Origin: Planctomycetota bacterium
GTDB lineage: Bacteria; Planctomycetota; Phycisphaerae; WQYP01
Direction of reading: 5' to 3'
Assembly: GCA_021819825.1 (NCBI GenBank)
Contig: JAKAEZ010000001.1
Span: forward strand, 3,521 to 67,520
Length of the DNA stretch: 64,000 nucleotides
In this document: positions 58,862 to 64,000 of the stretch, piece by piece
Layout of the letters: each line of letters begins with the position of its first letter
Numbering within the stretch: the stretch's first letter is position 1
Program-made: the position numbers and the translations under genes
The notes under the pieces: generated by a model
Told to the model about the DNA's origin: nothing
What the model saw: only the letters and a program-made list of their open reading frames with translations
The model's database searches: none

Positions 58862-61609
58862 ATGATGGATGTAGTCATGCCGAGAGTTGCGTCCAAGAGT
58901 TCTAAGGCTAGGTTAGCCATGTGGTCAGCGCGCCGCATGCTGGTAATGGCCGCTTTAGCGGCCTGCTGGATTGGTGTTGCGCCGACCCAAGTTTCGGCCG
59001 ACCCTCCCGTACCCGGCTATCAGTTGCTATGGTCCAGCCAATTTAACGGCAATTCGTTGAATCCGCTGAAGTGGAATTTTGGGCAACCGTGGGGCAGCAA
59101 TGTTCCGCCAAGCAGCAATAGTATTGGCGAGCCGGGCAATGTTACCGTAGCCAACAACACACTGAATCTTACCGCTCAGAATCAGAGCACGGATGGTTAT
59201 GGATATACCACAGGCTTGGTGAATACCAGCGGCCTGCTGAACTTTACGTATGGTTACGTCGAAGCAAAAATTCAAATTCCGTACACGCTGGGTACTTGGC
59301 CGGCATTCTGGATGCTGCAAAATGGATGGCCTCCGGAAATTGATGTCATGGAAGCACCGCAGCAAACATACAACAACCAGGCGGGATCCGTTGGCACATC
59401 CTATGATTATTACGCCACGTACCACTACACCAATTCCAGCGGCAATGCCGCCTCCGCCGGAACGGGCATGTACTATACCGGCGTCAACGAAGCTACGAGC
59501 TTTAACGATTACGGCATGATGTGGACACCCAATGCGATCAGCTTTTACTTCAACGGCAATCTGGTTGATACCATCAACAGTTCTCAGGCCAATATCGCGC
59601 AAAGCCAAAACATGTACCTGCTTCTGGACCTGGCGATCGGAGGCTGGCCCGGCAACCCACCTTCCTGGGCATCCTTTCCCACGACCATGCAGGTGCAGGA
59701 TGTGAATGTTTGGCAATTGCCATCCTCAAGTGCGATGACCATGAATTTCAAGGCATCAGGCTCGGTGGCTGCGTGGAATAATGCCTCATCCTGGCAAAAC
59801 GGCAATGTGCCCACGCTGGGTTCTCAAACGGCGGTGTTTGGCCAGAGCAGCGCCAGCGACACCAACGTGCAATGGTCTAACTTTCAGACCGTTGGCAACC
59901 TGACTTTTAACGGCGGCACAACCAATTATACACTGGGACAGGTTAATACTTCCGGATTAATGCTCGCCAACGATACGGGGACAGCCAACATCACCGCCAA
60001 TGCGTATAATGGACACAGCGATTCAGTGACCCTGGCCTCAGAGTTGGAGCTATACAACAACACCAATATTGTCAATAACATGTCCAACTCCATTCAAATA
60101 TATGGCAATATCTATGGTGAAGGGGCATTAGGCGTACAAAATGGCGGCGTTGATATTCACAGCGCGATTACCAACACGGGCGGGATAAGCGTTGACAATA
60201 ATGGCAGTATAATGCTTAGCGATGGCAGCATTAATTCTCCCACCAATGATGTCAATTTGAGCACCGCACCCGGAAGCAATGCAAGCATGACCGTGCTCGG
60301 GGCCGCTTCATCAGTGAATGCCCGTGTTATTAGAGTCGGTGGGTGGAATGGTGGCCCCGCGACTTTCACGCAAGACGGCGGAACTGTTGCGGCGCAGACC
60401 TGGTTTGTCATTGGGCAATCCGGAGCGGCCACGGGGCAAGCTACTATCAATGGAGGGACTCTGGTGGTGAGGGCGGGCGGCGGTGCCAGTGGAGACTTGG
60501 AATTAGGTGTATTTAACTCTGCCTCGGGCACATTGAACATCAATGGAACCGGAATCGTTGCGTTACTGAATAATTCCAATATTGTCTTGGGTTCACAGGG
60601 CACCAGCGGCAACGGCACGGTTAATCAAAATGCCGGGAGCGTTGGATTTTACTCCGACAACGGCTCAACCGCCGGAGGAACGGGCGCTGTCATTCTTGGC
60701 CGTAACGAGTCTACCGGTGTTTACACCTACAACCTTAACGGCGGCACTCTTAAAACCCCGCAAATTGAAAGTTCCAGCGGCACCTCCAATTTCAATTTTA
60801 ACGGCGGTACTTTGGCAGCTGCCGGAAACAACGCGGAGTTCATGCAGGGGCTTTCCACAGCTTCCATTGAAACGCATGGCGGCACAATCAATCCCAATGG
60901 ATTTCATATCACCATCGGACAAAACATTTCCGGAAGCGGAGCATTAACCGTCACGGGCGGCGGCACACTGACACTTTCAGGCAATAACACGTATTCCGGC
61001 GGCACCACCATTTTGGGAGCCAGTCTGCTGGCGGCAAACACAACTGGCTCCGCCACCGGCTCCGGCACAATCACGATCGGTGCCGGCGGGATGCTTGGTG
61101 GCACCGGGGCCATTAGCGGTCCGGTTTCCACTCTCGGCGGTGGCATGCTGTCCCCCGGTGCCGCTGATCCGGGCGGCACGCTGACGATTGCCAATACGCT
61201 GACTATCGGGGATGGAACAAACCTGCAATATTATTTTCCCGCACCTTCCAGCGGAAGCACTTCCAACAGCCTGATTACAGTAGTCGGCACGTCGGGCAGC
61301 AATGGCAATCTGACCTTGGGCAAGGATGTTACAGTCTCACTGCAAGCCGGGAGCACACTTGCCGCTGGCACCTATCACCTGATTTCCTACACTGGCCAGT
61401 TGGATAATTTAAGCGACAATTTTAGCGGCTGGACGCTTTCCGGATTTAATTTACCGGGAATGACCTATAACTTCAGCACACAAAACACCGCCAACACCGT
61501 CGATTTAGTGGTTTCCGCTGTGCCAATCCCTGAACCTGCACCACTGCTGCTATTTGGCTTAGGCGCGTTGGCACTGGTGGCAGTTCGAGGCAGACGAAGG
61601 TCTCAGTAA
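58862..61609 (+). CDS. GH16 glycoside hydrolase, autotransporter-type beta-strand repeats and PEP-CTERM anchor
   Basis: WPAFWML..PPEIDVMEA (ExDxxE GH16 catalytic motif), GGGTLTLSGNNTYSGGTTI repeats, and VPIPEPAPLLLFGLGALALVAVRGRRRS. Confidence 0.85.
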   Translation: MMDVVMPRVASKSSKARLAMWSARRMLVMAALAACWIGVAPTQVSADPPVPGYQLLWSSQFNGNSLNPLKWNFGQPWGSNVPPSSNSIGEPGNVTVANNTLNLTAQNQSTDGYGYTTGLVNTSGLLNFTYGYVEAKIQIPYTLGTWPAFWMLQNGWPPEIDVMEAPQQTYNNQAGSVGTSYDYYATYHYTNSSGNAASAGTGMYYTGVNEATSFNDYGMMWTPNAISFYFNGNLVDTINSSQANIAQSQNMYLLLDLAIGGWPGNPPSWASFPTTMQVQDVNVWQLPSSSAMTMNFKASGSVAAWNNASSWQNGNVPTLGSQTAVFGQSSASDTNVQWSNFQTVGNLTFNGGTTNYTLGQVNTSGLMLANDTGTANITANAYNGHSDSVTLASELELYNNTNIVNNMSNSIQIYGNIYGEGALGVQNGGVDIHSAITNTGGISVDNNGSIMLSDGSINSPTNDVNLSTAPGSNASMTVLGAASSVNARVIRVGGWNGGPATFTQDGGTVAAQTWFVIGQSGAATGQATINGGTLVVRAGGGASGDLELGVFNSASGTLNINGTGIVALLNNSNIVLGSQGTSGNGTVNQNAGSVGFYSDNGSTAGGTGAVILGRNESTGVYTYNLNGGTLKTPQIESSSGTSNFNFNGGTLAAAGNNAEFMQGLSTASIETHGGTINPNGFHITIGQNISGSGALTVTGGGTLTLSGNNTYSGGTTILGASLLAANTTGSATGSGTITIGAGGMLGGTGAISGPVSTLGGGMLSPGAADPGGTLTIANTLTIGDGTNLQYYFPAPSSGSTSNSLITVVGTSGSNGNLTLGKDVTVSLQAGSTLAAGTYHLISYTGQLDNLSDNFSGWTLSGFNLPGMTYNFSTQNTANTVDLVVSAVPIPEPAPLLLFGLGALALVAVRGRRRSQ

Positions 61610-61619
61610 AAATTGCGGC

Positions 61620-61934
61620 TCAAGTTAATGCACATGGATGTTCGTCCCACTGATCCCTGCAAGGAATAAGCAATGACGCTAAAAGGCTATTTACTTGCAT
61701 CCATACACAACATACAAACTTGAAAGCCCGCACCACCAAGAAGGCTCCGGTACAACATACGGGCAGAAAGCCGTGACCTTTACTGGCTTTCGGACCATAT
61801 TTACCTTCCCTGGTATAATCGTGTGGCAGGTTCACTACACGCCACGACGCATCATTGAAATCAGGAGCCGCTGATAAATCTTTTTCAGCGTTCAGCAATG
61901 CCCGGCACACCAAGCTGCCGACGAGTTCTGACAA
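61620..61934 (-). pseudogene. N-terminal fragment of a second GH2-type gene
   Basis: ..FNDASWRVVNLPHDYT..GHGFLP matches the GH2 sugar-binding-domain start. The reading frame then degenerates and no downstream domains exist. Confidence 0.45.
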
Positions 61935-62210
61935 ACTTCAATACCAGTGGGATGTATAAATTCCCATACTGAAAAATCAAACGCCGATCGAAATGCTTAC
62001 AATCCCTTGCTCACGGATCGCGCATCCCCTGAAACACCCCGGCTTACTCGGCGAAAACTTTTTCAAAGAATGCACCCCACCTCAAGAAATCTGAAGACTA
62101 CCTATAAAACAAGCTAAATCGCCCGATACACGAATCTAATACGCACCACAAAAAATACGAGGAACAAGAGATAATTCATAAAAGCAAAATAAAAAAAATA
62201 GAGCGATATT

Positions 62211-62276
62211 GTGATACAAAAACAGAACTTTTTTTTCACAAATTGGCCTATTAATTCTGTTCGCACCGACTATAAT
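62211..62276 (+). promoter_or_regulatory. copy B of shared promoter-like motif (GATACAAAAACAGAAC-T8-..AAATTGGCCTATTAATT..-TATAAT)
   Basis: TTGGCC 62243-62248 and TATAAT 62271-62276 (22-nt spacer). Confidence 0.5.
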
Positions 62277-62440
62277 TTGAGCATGATTCTCAAGTGGTAA
62301 CGACACGTCGCCGGTTGCCATGTAAGAACATTCCAGCGTCTTGTGACGCGGGCTTAAGCGGTAGTGATTAGAAAATTGTAGCGCTGGTCGGGCATTCAGC
62401 GCAGTGTAAGTTATATGGTTGTTTTTTAGGAGCGGATACC

Positions 62441-63415
62441 ATGAAAACCCGATTAAGTGATCCCATGTTACACAGCGGCAGAGGAAGCGGAAAACCGGGG
62501 TTCACGCTCATTGAATTGCTGGTGGTGATATCTATCATCGCGCTTTTGATCGCGCTACTTATGCCGGCGTTGGCCAAGGCCAAAGCGGAATCGCTGAGTA
62601 TCGCCTGTCTTGCCAATCTGCGATCTCTTGGCCAACTAACTGATGAATACGCACAGTCTTATCAGGATGCGATCCCCTTTGGCACATCAACGGACACGAA
62701 GTGGCCCAATCAATGGGGTGAATTCTCCTGGGATGCTCTTTTGTTTTCATTTAAACAAGGCATCCGTCCAACGCCAAATTGGGGGCTTACCTACAGCAAT
62801 GGCAACCAGTATGGCCTGAATACCCCAAGCATGGCGGTAGCCTATAACGCCTTGTTTGACTGCCCGGCAGAGTTGATCGTGCCACCCTTGTATAGCGCAA
62901 ACATGTCGTACTCTGCCAATCCGAACTTCTTTATGAATTACACCACATGGAGCAACAAAACGTATACATTCAGAATCTCCCAGATTACCGATCCAGGACA
63001 GGCTGTGGCCATTGGCGATGCCAATCAATTATCTCTTAAAGGAGGCTACTCTGGATGGACCTTCGACTGGCAACAGAACTCCAACAAGTGGTATACTGGC
63101 CCAGCCAACAAGTACATGAATTACCCGAGTTACCTCGTACCAGCCGACGGGCTAATCGGCGGGGGGACAGCCAATGAGGATGCTCCACTTTGGAAGAGCG
63201 GCCAAGGCCTGCGTTATCGTCACATGTCCAATGGCCCCAACAGCGGCTATGCCAATGCGGTATTCTTTGATGGCCATGCCACCAGTATACCAATCAACAA
63301 CAACATTCCCGGCGCAGCACCGGGCGGTGCCGGCACCATTGGATCGGTCGGCTTGAGAATACTTAATATCATTAATCCGAATTTACCCGAAAGCTATAAT
63401 CAGAATGCATGGTAG
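62441..63415 (+). CDS. prepilin-type N-terminal cleavage/methylation domain protein, DUF1559 family, paralog 2
   Basis: 324 aa, colinear with 43205..44179. Most positions are identical by eye, and the termini are nearly identical. Confidence 0.9.
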   Translation: MKTRLSDPMLHSGRGSGKPGFTLIELLVVISIIALLIALLMPALAKAKAESLSIACLANLRSLGQLTDEYAQSYQDAIPFGTSTDTKWPNQWGEFSWDALLFSFKQGIRPTPNWGLTYSNGNQYGLNTPSMAVAYNALFDCPAELIVPPLYSANMSYSANPNFFMNYTTWSNKTYTFRISQITDPGQAVAIGDANQLSLKGGYSGWTFDWQQNSNKWYTGPANKYMNYPSYLVPADGLIGGGTANEDAPLWKSGQGLRYRHMSNGPNSGYANAVFFDGHATSIPINNNIPGAAPGGAGTIGSVGLRILNIINPNLPESYNQNAW

Positions 63416-63434
63416 TTCGTACTCGAGTGTTCCA

Positions 63435-63473
63435 GATCCGGTGGCTTGAGCAGTTTCATCAAGCCACCGGATC
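63435..63473 (+). terminator. conserved intergenic hairpin, copy 2
   Basis: Perfect 15-bp stem GATCCGGTGGCTTGA / TCAAGCCACCGGATC with a 9-nt loop, followed by ATTT. Confidence 0.45.
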
Positions 63474-63654
63474 ATTTAAAAAACTGAAAAGTGAAAGGAT
63501 CGCGATCCAATAAAAGAAAACCCGCACGAAAAAATTTTCGTGTCGACTTAGCACTACCAACATTGAATGGACAAATCCCAAACCCTTTGCGTTATAGCTT
63601 TGAATGATCAAAGCGGCTACTTGGATCAATTATTTCATGCAAGGAGAAAGATTT

Positions 63655-64000
63655 ATGAGACGGAAACACATCACTATTGCGATTGCAGCACTGGCAGCCT
63701 ATGGAGCACAGACCTCATCGGTCTTGCTGTTTGCCTCAGCGGCAACGTCAACCGCCATCCCCATCATTAACCCGGATTTTAATGTGGTATTGGAATCGCA
63801 AGGTTCTTCCGTAACTGGAACGCTTGCCGGGTATTCCAGCGGCTGGGGGGCCACGACATTTAGTTCTTCCATTAATTATACGGATGGCTCATCAAGCACT
63901 TCTGGTTATGTTCCCGGTTGGACCGGTGCCGGAGGCGAGCAGATTCTCGGCGCAACAAACACCGCTCCGAATCCGCGCAGCGGAGGCAGCTATGCCTACA
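63655..64000 (+). CDS. small secreted beta-sandwich protein, paralog 2 of 44416..45246 (runs off window edge; absent from ORF track)
   Basis: Manual translation: MRRKHITIAIAALAAYGAQTSS..IPIINPDFN..TTFSSSINYTDGSSSTSGYVPGWTGAGGEQ.. This aligns with ..IPIVNPNMD..TTFTDPVTYSDGSVSSSGYVPGWSGSGG. Same AAGGAGAAAG ribosome-binding site. Confidence 0.7.
   Translation, partial: MRRKHITIAIAALAAYGAQTSSVLLFASAATSTAIPIINPDFNVVLESQGSSVTGTLAGYSSGWGATTFSSSINYTDGSSSTSGYVPGWTGAGGEQILGATNTAPNPRSGGSYAY

Noticed and set aside
59027-59716. 229-aa minus-strand ORF
   Set aside because: It is antisense to the GH16 catalytic domain, which carries the clear ExDxxE motif on the plus strand.
1-64000. CRISPR arrays, rRNA or tRNA genes, and intact transposases, integrases or phage genes
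   Set aside because: I looked for regularly spaced direct repeats, tRNA T-arm/anticodon architecture and recombinase-like ORFs and found none. The only repeats are the cassette duplication, the promoter motif copies and the 58.2-kb inverted-repeat element.

Overview
This 64-kb window most likely comes from a PVC-superphylum bacterium (Planctomycetota/Phycisphaerae-like or Verrucomicrobia/Lentisphaerae-like). The pointers are DUF1559-type prepilin-leader proteins, several PEP-CTERM anchors, autotransporter-type beta-strand repeats, XylR-type regulators and an anaerobic sulfatase maturase. That taxonomy is inference only.

Bases 1-31,400 are mostly housekeeping. They hold rpe (partial at the edge, missing from the ORF track), pgk, DAHP synthase, tpiA-secG, yicC-gmk-rpoZ-coaC-alaS, aguA/aguB, argH, a dipeptidase and an FAH-family protein. 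A small decayed RHS toxin / SUKH-immunity islet interrupts this block at 6.4-9.1 kb.

Bases 31,700-64,000 are an accessory glycan-degradation region:
- GH78-like, two GH128-like (Glyco_hydro_cc), beta-helix, GH2 and GH16 enzymes
- two Cys-type sulfatases, an anSME and an SSS transporter
- two XylR/AraC regulators
- GH pseudogene remnants

The most unusual signals are these:
- A two-gene cassette (DUF1559 pseudopilin-like gene plus a small PEP-CTERM beta-sandwich gene) is present twice in direct orientation. The two copies bracket about 19 kb of sulfatase/GH genes.
- A ~65-nt promoter-like motif is shared by four or five exported-protein genes.
- A ~265-nt structured element has 29-nt terminal inverted repeats, and a solo copy of its terminus lies 7.7 kb away.

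I saw no rRNA, tRNA, CRISPR array, or intact transposase or integrase.
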